Shown: in pieces, positions 41,442-51,509 of the stretch
Numbering within the stretch: position 1 is the stretch's first letter
Layout of the letters: each line of letters opens with the position of its first letter
NCBI GenBank assembly: GCA_963714275.1
Contig: CAVQNT010000004.1
Span: 63,071-127,070, forward strand
DNA from: Candidatus Bathyarchaeota archaeon
GTDB taxonomy: Archaea; Thermoproteota; Bathyarchaeia; Bathyarchaeales; DTEX01
DNA length: 64,000 nucleotides
Direction: 5' to 3'
Position numbers and translations under genes: made by a program
Notes under the pieces: generated by a model
Told to the model about the DNA's origin: nothing
Databases searched by the model: none
What the model saw: only the letters and a program-made list of their open reading frames with translations

Positions 41442-41957
41442 ATGGCTGTTGTTGAGATTAGTTGTCCTCGATGCGGTTCCGTTTCTCATTTAAAAAATGA
41501 AAAAACTAACGAGTATCGTTGTGACAATTGTAGCACGACGTTCGTACTTGTAGATACAATGAAGAAAGAAGTTGTTCGAGACACCAAAAGACATAATTGC
41601 CCTACTTGTGGGCGACCAGTATCTAGAACAGAAGCTTATGTCTGCACAGAATGCGGAACTGAGGACTTATGCAAGAATTGCTTGGTCGAAATTAATAATA
41701 AAATTGTCTGTATGGAATGTGCAAAAAAAGAAGGAAAAGCGTGCTATATTTGTGGCAAGAAAGCATGGTGGCATTGTGGTGTCTGTGGGCATACGGCATG
41801 TCGCAACCACGCTGACAGATTTAACTTAAAAGGTAATTACTTGTGTCCTAATTGTGGTGCCGTATGTAAAAATTGTTATGTTGAGAAAGTCGATTTTCTC
41901 GGTAAAACCTTCTACTGTAAGAAATGTGGGACAAAATTAACGCGTGGGAAATTATAA
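41442..41957 (+). CDS. Multi-zinc-ribbon protein (about 8 CxxC pairs)
   Basis: Probable start MAVVEISCPRCG at 41442 within track ORF 41376..41957. Repeated CxxC...CxxC units run throughout. Confidence 0.5.
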   Translation: MAVVEISCPRCGSVSHLKNEKTNEYRCDNCSTTFVLVDTMKKEVVRDTKRHNCPTCGRPVSRTEAYVCTECGTEDLCKNCLVEINNKIVCMECAKKEGKACYICGKKAWWHCGVCGHTACRNHADRFNLKGNYLCPNCGAVCKNCYVEKVDFLGKTFYCKKCGTKLTRGKL

Positions 41958-41970
41958 AACTAATTAGATC

Positions 41971-42181
41971 TTTTTTGTGCGTGTGCTTGTTGTGTGCGTG
42001 CGTGCGCGCGCGCTATACGTAAGTGGGAGTGAGGGAATACAAGGGAGTATCTGGGAAAGAACGAGAACACGTACGAGAGAGAGAGAAAGATTAAATTTTA
42101 ATCCCAAACCCAAACATATACTCTTATTTCCAATCATTCTCTCATTCTCTCTCTTATTACACATACACACAAAACTAAGTT
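41971..42181. repeat. Right terminal inverted repeat (near-perfect core 41971-42105)
   Basis: Reverse complement of 36042-36176 (134/135). The outer 42106-42181 aligns with the left arm only with indels. Track ORFs 41964..42332 and 41977..42267 are low-complexity translations of the repeat. Confidence 0.9.
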
Positions 42182-42335
42182 GGATTGTTGAGTTGTGCAT
42201 TGAAAGAACTTTATTGAGAATGTTAATGAACAGTATGTGCAATATCAATGCATTCAGTTCAAAGTAAAAAATAAAACAAAGAGAGTATCTTGAAATCAGA
42301 CAGCAAGTATTATCACCCTCTCTCCGAGACACTTA

Positions 42336-43046
42336 GTGTCTAGCACGCGCTATATCACTAGTCAGCTCAAATACTCAAAGCACTACGCGAAGAATCTTAT
42401 ACAAAAAGGTTTCAATGATTATGTGTTCGGTGAGAGCATGCCTATTAGAGAAAATGTGTCACCACAGAAGACCTTGACGGGAAAAAGGGTTTACTTGAGG
42501 CCTTTTTGTATAAATGATTTACCTTACATTCAGAAGTGGTCGAATGACGATGAACTTAGAAAACTAACAGGTGCAATTGCGCCGATGAGTAACGCTGAGA
42601 CTAAGAAGTGGTACGAGGATTTGCTTACTGACAAGGACCGGATGTGGTTTGCGATTGTCCTTAAAAAAGGTGACCGCGTAATAGGGGAGGCTGGATTGTT
42701 GAGAATGTTTAGACCTTGGCGAAATACGGACATGACCATAATAATTGGAGAAAAGGACGCTTGGGGAAAAGGATATGGAACTGAGACTGGTCGTCTGCTC
42801 CTTGACTATGCCTTCAAACAACTGGGTTTTCATAGGATTTCGGTAGGGGTGGTCGGCTTCAACCAGAGAGCATTGAGATTTTGGGAGAGTCTTGGTTTCA
42901 AGAAGGAAGGCATCGAGAGAGATGAATATTACTACGACAACGAATACAGCGACGGCATCATGATGAGTATTTTAGAAGATGAATTCAAGAAGGCACACGA
43001 GACTGCTAGCGCGCGCGCTCTGCGCTACCACCACCACCAAAATTGA
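42336..43046 (+). CDS. GNAT family N-acetyltransferase (RimJ/RimL-like)
   Basis: VYLRPF..DL..I..W, VIGEAGL, WGKGYGTE, RALRFWESLGFKKEG. The true start is probably the internal Met at 42438. Confidence 0.82.
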   Translation: MSSTRYITSQLKYSKHYAKNLIQKGFNDYVFGESMPIRENVSPQKTLTGKRVYLRPFCINDLPYIQKWSNDDELRKLTGAIAPMSNAETKKWYEDLLTDKDRMWFAIVLKKGDRVIGEAGLLRMFRPWRNTDMTIIIGEKDAWGKGYGTETGRLLLDYAFKQLGFHRISVGVVGFNQRALRFWESLGFKKEGIERDEYYYDNEYSDGIMMSILEDEFKKAHETASARALRYHHHQN

Positions 43047-43189
43047 CGGAAAGCTTGCACATTGACATTGCTGCATTGAATGTACTGAAAAGCAATAAGC
43101 AAAGTAGACATGCAGAATGCAAGAATCAAAAGGGTATTTTATGCGTATATCCTTTCGAGTAGTTAGCTAGCTTAGCTAATTTAAGTAAC

Positions 43190-43690
43190 TTGTTTATAAT
43201 ATTTAAGAAAAGGGGTGGAGATATGATGGAAGAGTTCAGATTAGGAAATGAAGAAAAGATACTTTTAGATACTGTTACTGATGAGGATTATAAGGTTAGA
43301 CTTAAAAACAGAGTAGTTGTTACCAATCAACGATGCGTTTTCTTTAGAGTTTATGAAGTGCATCACAAAGCCAAAGCCATAAATCCCGCCACAGGAAAAA
43401 GCGAGGAAATAAAGCCCGAATTCAGAATAGAACAAGAAATAAAATTGAATAATATTAAGGAAACTTTTGCTCATTATTTTAATGGAAACGTATGCATAAA
43501 ATTTAAACTAACGAATGGACAGACAGCAATTTTTCCAATTTTTTCCTATTTAGATAGGGAATTAAGTTCCGCCTTAGATGTTTTAACACAAACAGCCTTC
43601 TCTGGGTCTGGTAGTCTTATGTTAATGATGATGGATGATATGTTTTTAGTTAATAGATTAGTGAGTTACATTAACAAATTGATAAAATAA
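43190..43690 (+). CDS. Hypothetical protein (AT-rich, possibly PH/GRAM-like)
   Basis: 166-aa ORF. No catalytic motif recognised. Confidence 0.35.
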   Translation: MFIIFKKRGGDMMEEFRLGNEEKILLDTVTDEDYKVRLKNRVVVTNQRCVFFRVYEVHHKAKAINPATGKSEEIKPEFRIEQEIKLNNIKETFAHYFNGNVCIKFKLTNGQTAIFPIFSYLDRELSSALDVLTQTAFSGSGSLMLMMMDDMFLVNRLVSYINKLIK

Positions 43691-44256
43691 AGGCGATGAT
43701 TTTTAGCGCGCGCTACGGATGAGAGCGATGACTCCCCTGCAATTAGTCTAATTGAAGAATCAATTGCTAGCTAGCTTTCTTCAAACCTTAATGTTTTTTC
43801 TTTCAGTTTCTTAGCTGAGCTAAAGGGATTTTAGGTGTAAGGTTTTGTTACATATGGGGAAGTTCCGAATCTGCCCCTTAATATCCATAATTATTCAGAG
43901 GAATTGAACGAAATATTACAAAAATTAACCTAATTCTGTTTTCTTTTCAGATTATTGGCATCCTGTAAGGGTATCTAAAAGAGTAAGATCGCCCATGTTT
44001 GCCATAGATCCCCAAGCCATCCTCTTGGTGATCTATATTTGAGTTGATTAAGAAGTTATTTGGTTAGAGACTTTTTTACGTTGCAGAAAGACATAAATCT
44101 GTATTTTTCTGTTAGTTATAGATGTAATAATTTTGGGGGGTAGTCACTACGTACTTCACAGTTTTAACAATATTTCTCGTCGCTATAGGTGCCGTGACTG
44201 GCGAAATTGGAAGCTTACAGCGACGGAACATTGTACATAAGAGGTAGAGGGATGGA

Positions 44257-46851
44257 ATGAAAGTTTCACAAATAATCGTATTCATATTTTTAGTTGCGTT
44301 CTGCATTTCCTTTACCTCGATCCCAACCCAAGCCATCAATGTTTCCCAGCAAGTAGATGCAGTTCCCGTATACTTATCCATACAAGTCAGAGACTATAAC
44401 ACAGGCATTGCAGTTACCAATTTATCAGTAACTGTTGGTATTAACACAGATTGGGGGTATCGTGAAATCTCTAATCGGACAAGTGAGACTGGAGTTGTGC
44501 AAACAACTCTTGGAAACATTGAAATAAATACTATTTTCCTGACTATGTCGCTTGAATATGTTGACTTATCTGAAAATTATACGTTGATTAAAGTCCAGAA
44601 CACGTTTATTGAGGAATTGCAGCTATCTAACTTTTATGGTTTATATAGTGAATACAGTGCGAACCACACGAGATATTTTTTTGAAATTCTTTTATCACAC
44701 AGGGTTTTGACTGACAGACAATACGTAGAGGGCACAATATGGGTTCTTAAGGGTAAGCTCGTTAGAGTTTTAGACAGTGACCCAGTAACTGGAACACATC
44801 AAAATCTTATCGTGACACCTGCGATTTTGACAAATACACCTAGTAATGTAAGCGAGTTTGAGCGATTGTATTTCTTCCCGCTTGATTATGAAGTAACGAT
44901 GTATCATGAAACCCAAACGTGGCAAAATGTTGAAACTGAAAAGTTGAGATATGGTATAGATCCAGTTTCGCCGTTGATAGTCACTGTTGAGGTAAACACG
45001 ACCTTAATCAACTGGATGCGCCACGCAACCATTGAATATGTGAAACGTGCAAAATACAACATGGATAGAGAGTTCGAGTTCTTTAACTCCACAGGATATC
45101 CGCTTGACAGAGAACTGGAAGAGTACAACGCAATAAATAGCCTTTGGAATCGAGTCTTAGAACTCTACGATAAAGGCGAATACGCAGCAGCTTTCGGTGG
45201 CGCCAAAATCTCTGACAATAAATTTCTTAATCTCTTGAGTTGGCTTTATGATAATAAAATTACTGCAGTGTTTACAGCAGTTGGTATAAGCCTGTTTGCG
45301 TTTGGGTTAGGGTCGTTGCTTTCGAATTTTATTTTTGACGAACCATCTCAAAACAAGATTCGGCTTATACTAAAAGTTTTAATATTCTCTTTGGTCATGT
45401 TGATGTTTTCGCTTTCTCATCCTGCACTGAAAATAACTTTCGCCATGTTAATTGGAAGTAGAAGCGTTAGCTTACCGTTGTCTCTCCTAGGTTGCCTGGT
45501 AATAGGAATCATGATCTATTTTGTTATGCTGCTGATCTCAGTAAATCAAAAGACGATAACTGATCTTGCTTTGCAATTGGGTGTAAGAAGTCTGAAACGT
45601 AGAAAGTCCAGGACCCTGCTGACTCTATTAACAATCACGATCATTGTTTCTTCAGCCATAGTCTTCGTGAATATTTCCTTGAGCCGAGAAACCAGATTTA
45701 AGGGGCAATGGAAAGGCACCAGTACTTCCGGTGTTTTAGTAGAGCCAGACACTTACGCAGCCCCCATTTCTGAGTACGATGTAAATTGGACTCGTTTACA
45801 GCAATGGTGCAAAGAATTATCTTACATTGAATCAATACGAGACCAAGAGAGATCGCTATCAGGAGACCTACTAGTTCGTCAAGGGTACATCTCAGTCTGT
45901 TGGAGAAAGATACCCTGTCAACATAGTATGCATAGATCCCTCTTACATGGAAAAATACTACAACTTATTCTCGACGCATCACAGGCTTCTGGAACCAGTT
46001 CGTTGAAGGAGAGCCTGTTGTCATAATTCCGTCTGACTTTAATTTCCTAGTTAGCCAGGATGTTTATTTAAGTGTAACAGAACAGGTTGGAGTTTCGTTC
46101 GGTCCGCCCCCGGAAAGGACATTAGGCAAGTTTCGTGTAATAGGTACTTTCGATTCACAGACAGCCTTCAGCGATCTTGTAAAGATAGATAACACTCCCC
46201 TGTTTGAGAATCCTTCAGGAATCGTTCTAGTTCCATTAAAGTCTATTCAAGATTCGAGCATTAGCGATTTCCGAGGTCACAATCTTTGTAAACCAAGGTT
46301 ACAATCCTGTTGATGTAGCTCAGGAACTCGCTTACACACTTGCAGCCACAACAATAGCAAATTATAACGGATTGTCTCAAAAAATAGTTTGGTCAACAGA
46401 ATTTTCAGTTATTGGCCTTATACCTTACATGCCTCCACTCATCATAGCGGGATTAATGATGTACACCACAATGGTGTCAGTTTATGAGGAGAGAAGAAGA
46501 GAATTTTCAACTCTAGCAACCCTTGGACTCGACCCAAAGAACACACTTCAAGTTTTCCTTGTTGAAGCGCTTCTACTCGGACTAATGGGAACATTCATCG
46601 GCTTTTTTGGCAACTACCTCTTAGGAACAGGCATAACTTTCCTGTCAAGTTTTATTGCTGCCCCGGGGTTTGAGGCTTTGGAGCTTCCTCTTGCACATTG
46701 GTCAATGCCTTCAATCCTAGTTGCTCTTTTAACCGGTGTTGTTATGGTTTTTCTCGGAGGATACATACCTGCTAAAAGGGCGCGTGGAATAAGCCTCATG
46801 GGAAGGGAGCAAAAACGGGAGATGGTTGGAGAGCTTAATAACTTCTGGTAG
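44257..46851 (+). CDS. Large membrane protein: N-terminal extracellular domain fused to a MacB/FtsX-type permease (two or more frameshifts)
   Basis: Fragments 44257..46026, about 46030-46370 and 46372..46851. Signal/TM at the N-terminus. FtsX TM1 signature LGVRSLKRRKSRTLLTLLTITIIV. C-terminal FtsX domain VYEERRREFSTLATLGLDPKNTLQVFLVEALLLGLMGTFIG. Confidence 0.65.
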
Positions 46852-47645
46852 TGTCACTACACTGACATTGCCTATTAGGGAAAGTGTTCAGAATGGTGAG
46901 ATGCTATATTCATATATTAGAGAAACCATCGGGAAATTTAAGACATCACTTGTTGACTCGCACTCAGTAAAGGGAGAATTATACAGGGATGGCGCATTCG
47001 TTGTGTCTTTTGTGGCTTTAGCTGATACATCCCGAGTAACTATGCCGTGCGAGATAAGAGGCGTTAGAGAAGGCGATGTTCTCGTGCCAGTTATTCAATT
47101 CCCAGCAAGTCTACCGTAGCTACGAGAGAATCAGGCTGATGGTTCGAGACTTGGAACAATTCATGATAGGGTTCTCAACTTGGAAAGAGATGCAGTTGAA
47201 GATGACGATTATCAGAGAAGCCCCTCGGAAGGTTAAGACCTTAGAGGAAATTATGGCTGAGATCAAGGAAATCGTGGACCAAATCAAAGACTGCAGCAAG
47301 AAACTCAGGATACTGGACGGCCAGAAGGGCAGGCTTTCAGACGAAATCTACAATGAATTCAGAGAGAAATACATAAGAATGATTGAGGAAAAGTCGAAGA
47401 ATTTGAGAACAATGGCCATTAACTTAGAGCCGCATCATAGTCAGCTTCATGACGAAATCGGAAAAATCGAGGTTGAAGTAGAAAGAATCACAACCTCCTA
47501 CAATCTAAGCGAGATCACAGAAGAAGAATACGTGAAAACAGGTGGACCCATAGAAGCAAGACTTGCAGAGTCAAAAAATAAGGAACAAGAAATGGAAGAG
47601 ATCTTCGACTTCTTGAAGAAGCCTTTAGGAATGGAATACAGTTAA
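46826..47645 (+). CDS. Hypothetical protein with C-terminal coiled coil (one frameshift near 47100)
   Basis: Fragments 46826..47119 and 47076..47645. It overlaps the permease stop. K/E-rich heptad-like C-terminal half. Confidence 0.4.
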
Positions 47646-47800
47646 CTAGAGGATTGTAAAGGTTTCTTCACAAAAATGCTTTTTACAGCGAATTTTCTGT
47701 TGTTTTATGGGGAACTTTGTTGTCATAAAAAGAGAGTGAAGACACGTATTCTCTGATTTTTCTTTCGCTCAAACATCCGATTAGCGCGCTCTCTACTATC

Positions 47801-47995
47801 ATGCTGGAAACAACAAACGATCTAATTGCATTCAAAAGCCTTGAAAATAATGAAATTAGGATTATGCTGACGATAAAAGTGACGGATTATAATGACCCTC
47901 AACTTGCACAAAGAATGGATAAATATTTAGAGAAGATAGCCTCAGAGTTTAGAATGTTTGCATTTGAATGGACAAAAGGAACTGAATATAAATGA
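47801..47995 (+). CDS. Hypothetical small protein
   Basis: 64-aa ORF, no motif. Confidence 0.3.
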   Translation: MLETTNDLIAFKSLENNEIRIMLTIKVTDYNDPQLAQRMDKYLEKIASEFRMFAFEWTKGTEYK

Positions 47996-48121
47996 TGTTT
48001 TCCTAGGTGAGCTAGATGGTTCATGGAACCATAAAGGTATCAGGTGATGTTGAAGAAGATACCTAAAAACGTGTCAGCAGTATGGAAAGGAAATAGGTAA
48101 AAAAATATTGGAAGTGAACTT

Positions 48122-48622
48122 ATGAAAGTAAATCTATTTGACTATCTTAACCAGATACTTAAGACAGCTGAGACTACCGGAGTTCTCTTAGTATCTATGG
48201 CCAAAGACGGACGACCAAACATTATGACAATCGGGTGGCTACTGCTTGGACGCTCTTATCATGAGAAATCCATTGCTGTTGTTGCCGTCCGTCCAGCCAG
48301 ATACACTTTCAAACTTCTAGACGAGGTTGAGGAGTTTGTGATAGCGATCCCTACCCATGAACTCGGAGAATCTGTTGCTTTCTGTGGAGAGAAATCCGGC
48401 AGAGATGTAGACAAATTTAAAGAGACCAGACTGACACCAGTACAATCTGTCCATGTAAAACCTCCATCAATAAAAGAATGCATCATAAACATCGAATGCA
48501 GAATCTATAATGAGATAAGACCACCTCACTACATTCTTACTCCCGAACATAGAAGAGCCCCTATTCCAGAACAACACACAATCTATTTTGCAGAAGTTTT
48601 AGGCGCTTACAAATATGAATAA
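48122..48622 (+). CDS. Flavin reductase-like FMN-binding protein (paralog 2)
   Basis: 166 aa. Shared motif block with 30897..31475. Confidence 0.75.
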   Translation: MKVNLFDYLNQILKTAETTGVLLVSMAKDGRPNIMTIGWLLLGRSYHEKSIAVVAVRPARYTFKLLDEVEEFVIAIPTHELGESVAFCGEKSGRDVDKFKETRLTPVQSVHVKPPSIKECIINIECRIYNEIRPPHYILTPEHRRAPIPEQHTIYFAEVLGAYKYE

Positions 48623-48813
48623 TGATGCGATATGTTAACATCTGAAAAATTGGGGGCAAGAATAGTTCTTGGTAACCTTCCATTTAGCTAGTTAGCTGCA
48701 AACATCTCTAGTCATATTAATGGATGAAGGAGTTATAGTCAAAGAAACATCACGTTTTAAGAGCGAAAAGCTGAAAGTAAATGACGAACATGTGGGCTGA
48801 TGAGTGACTGATT

Positions 48814-49552
48814 ATGGTTGACTACTTGCTTGAGGGTATCGAATTCTCCGACATTACTGTCTTGGATGCTGCCACAGGAGCAGGAAATACTACTTTGAAG
48901 CTTGCTAGGAAGATGGCTGAGGCGGATGGTAAAGGAAAGATCATCAGTGTTGATATTGATGCAGAGACATTTCCAGACGTGAAGAAGAAACTGGGGGAGG
49001 CTGGCGAGATATGTTGAGTTTACTCTAGCCGACTTAACCTTTATGCCTGAGATAGAAAATGAACGTTTTGATCTTGTTGTATGCACAGCAACCTTGTGCG
49101 CCCTTAACAGCAGGCCACTTGGAGCTTTAAGAGGATTAGCAGAATTTCACCGGGTGTTGAAGAAGGGTGGGCACTTAAGGATCTCGGAGGAAGATCCTTT
49201 GCCTAGGGCGAGTAAGCCTGAAGAAGAGGTCCAGGTTATGCGTTGGCAACTGTACAAGTCGGTTTCAGAACTGATAGGCGAGGATACTTGGAGAGAGATC
49301 CATCCTGAAGAATTAGAGTTCGCAGCCAGGCTAGTAGGTTTTAAGAACATTGAGTGGAGGAGGTTTGTAGGAGACCCTTTAAGAAAGGTAACCATGGAGG
49401 AATGGAGGGACGTCATGTCTCCTTTGGTGAATAAGATAAAGGATGAGGAGACGAGGAAGGCATTCCTCGCTATGATCCCAAAAATATACAGGAAGTTCGA
49501 AGAGCAGGGAGGAAACTATCCGCCAAGCTTCATTATGAGAATGAGAAAATAG
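48814..49552 (+). CDS. Class I SAM-dependent methyltransferase (one frameshift near 49015)
   Basis: Fragments 48814..49017 (VLDAATGAGNTT, motif I) and 49043..49552 (FDLVVCTATL, LKKGGHL). Confidence 0.75.
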
Positions 49553-49846
49553 CCAAAAACCTTGACCCAAATCCAAACAACACTCGAAAGAATAAAGCAG
49601 CTTGTATCAACAAAAAGTTAATTATCTTAGAAGTTAATTCATAGCAAAACTTTTTTTGCTGTTTTTAGTCAGCTTAGCTAAGGACTGCCTTAACATATTG
49701 ACTAGGCTCCATGTTGAAAAGGTCAGCGCACTGTCTAAGCCTGTAAAAGGCTCTTTCTGTTAAACGGAACGAGAGCTAGTTCTCTTCTATTGGACAGAAG
49801 TGTTCTAAATATTAGATTTTTTAATCGATCTATATATCTTTAGTTT

Positions 49847-50671
49847 GTGAATACTATGAATCTGAAAGGATATAGATTGGCTTTGGTGGTTTCAATTGTT
49901 TCTATGATTGTTTTAGGTTCAGTGATGATCTATATGCTGCAAAACCAGAGAGCTCCAGAAAAACAGCTGCTATTTCAATATCCCACTGGAACAGCATCGT
50001 CTCTTGGCACAATAACGCTGGCTCAAGGAAGTGAACAGCAAACAAGCTACAATACTATTTCAGTTAGTGGTTCAGGAACAACGTCCATGAAAGCTGATGA
50101 AGCTACAGTTACATTAGGTGTTCAAACTCAAGGAAATACCGCTTCTGAAGCAGTTAACAGCAACGCTGTACTGATGGCAGCAATTGTAAACGTAATAAAA
50201 ACTCTAGGGTTAACTAAGGAAAACATGAAGACAGTCTCCTACAACGTGTACCCAATTTACTCAAAAGAGGATTATAACACGATTGTCGGATATAGAGTTG
50301 TTAACATGATTGCAGTGGAAGTAACTAACATGGACCTTATAGGCCAAGTTATAGACACCGCTTCTGCCAATGGAGCAAACATTATCCAAGGAGTCTCATT
50401 CGATCTTTCATTAGAAAAACAGGCAGAACTACAGACACAAGCATACATAGTAGCTTTAAGAGACGCTGAAGGGAAGGCTCTGCTTATAGCAGGTGAGCTT
50501 AAAGTAACAATAACAGGCGTTCTATCCGTAAGTGAAAACGTCTACTCACCCTATCAATCCTACTATGACTACAGAGTCAACTACGCAGGTGAAGCAGCAC
50601 CCACTACAACTATAATTGAAGGCAAACTCAGCGTATCTGTGACTGTTCGCGTAATATACACTTTCGAATAA
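49847..50671 (+). CDS. SIMPL/DUF541 family secreted protein
   Basis: 274 aa, N-terminal TM/signal. GYRVVNMIAVEVTNMDLIGQVIDTA..GANIIQGVSFDLS..K. Confidence 0.7.
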   Translation: MNTMNLKGYRLALVVSIVSMIVLGSVMIYMLQNQRAPEKQLLFQYPTGTASSLGTITLAQGSEQQTSYNTISVSGSGTTSMKADEATVTLGVQTQGNTASEAVNSNAVLMAAIVNVIKTLGLTKENMKTVSYNVYPIYSKEDYNTIVGYRVVNMIAVEVTNMDLIGQVIDTASANGANIIQGVSFDLSLEKQAELQTQAYIVALRDAEGKALLIAGELKVTITGVLSVSENVYSPYQSYYDYRVNYAGEAAPTTTIIEGKLSVSVTVRVIYTFE

Positions 50672-51044
50672 AACTGAAACCTTGCCAGCAAACGACTAAA
50701 TAAGTGGTCGAGGGGAAGAGCCCGAAAGTAAATGAAAAGATAACTTTAGCGGATGCTATTCCAACTGTTTCAGCAATGCATACGATTATTAAGCAATCTT
50801 CCAGCAGCTTTCGCCAAGATTTATGTATTATGATTATGTCTCGTCTTTTCTCTTAGTCTCCCTTTTAGCCTTCGATACTGTAACCAAGATTTTGTCTCTA
50901 GGCTGCAACTCATAAAACTTGACGAAGAAAGTAGAAAAACACAGAGATCCCGCTCGAACCTCATCGAGATTCTAATAGAGAAAGCATTAGTGAGCTAATC
51001 GATTTTTAGAAGGAAAATTTTTTAGGTGTACATGCGATATTAGG

Positions 51045-51509
51045 ATGCTTTGGAGGGCCGCTTTTTGGGATTTAAAAGCTATTCACTATGAGCAGGTTTC
51101 AGTCAGCCAAGTGAAGGAAGCTGGTGCAGAGGGTGTCCGGGTAAGGTGGCTGATCAATAAAGAGAATGATGGCGTAGAAAATTTTGCTATGAGGCTATTC
51201 GAGATTACGCCTAGTGGGCATACTCCTGAGCATTCACATGATTGGGAACATGAGGTTTTTGTGCTCAAAGGTGGTGGAATTGTGTTTTGCGAGGGTTCTG
51301 AGAAACAGTTAAGACCAGGATATGTAGTTTTTGTGCCACCTAACGCTGTGCACCATTTCAAAAACAATGGAAAACAAATACTACGTTTTCTCTGCTTGAT
51401 TCCATACAGCTTAGTTAAACAATCTGAAAAATTATGGCACATGTCGTTTCATTTAGGCAAATGTTTCGTCTACATTATCAAAGACCCTTTAGAGGTTTTA
51501 TTCTTTTAA
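51045..51509 (+). CDS. Cupin domain protein
   Basis: GHTPEHSHDWEHEVFVLKG and PPNAVHHFKN (cupin motifs 1 and 2). Confidence 0.75.
   Translation: MLWRAAFWDLKAIHYEQVSVSQVKEAGAEGVRVRWLINKENDGVENFAMRLFEITPSGHTPEHSHDWEHEVFVLKGGGIVFCEGSEKQLRPGYVVFVPPNAVHHFKNNGKQILRFLCLIPYSLVKQSEKLWHMSFHLGKCFVYIIKDPLEVLFF

Larger units (their letters stand above)
35934..42181. mobile_element. Casposon-like element: solo Cas1 plus cargo bracketed by long terminal inverted repeats, no PolB
   Basis: Inverted repeats 35934-36176 and 41971-42181 enclose cas1 (37131..38165) and 11-12 other ORFs. No cas2 or CRISPR. Inserted between the CBS gene and a GNAT gene. Confidence 0.8.

Noticed and set aside
35934-42181. Family-B DNA polymerase, cas2, cas4 or a tyrosine/serine recombinase inside the Cas1 element.
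   Set aside because: All ORFs between the inverted repeats were read on both strands. The longest is cas1 (344 aa). None shows PolB (DxxSLYPS/YxDTD), Cas2, Cas4 (RecB-like with Cys cluster) or recombinase motifs.
35880-42260. Target-site duplication flanking the intact element.
   Set aside because: No convincing direct repeat of 8 nt or more was found immediately outside either candidate boundary (35934/42181 or 36042/42105). The outer TIR parts are degenerate, so the true termini cannot be fixed from this copy alone.
41964-42332. ORFs 41964..42332 (-) and 41977..42267 (+) covering the right inverted repeat.
   Set aside because: They are translations of low-complexity GT/GA/GC tracts (runs of C/V/R and S/L/E). 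They mirror the non-coding left arm and have no plausible start context.
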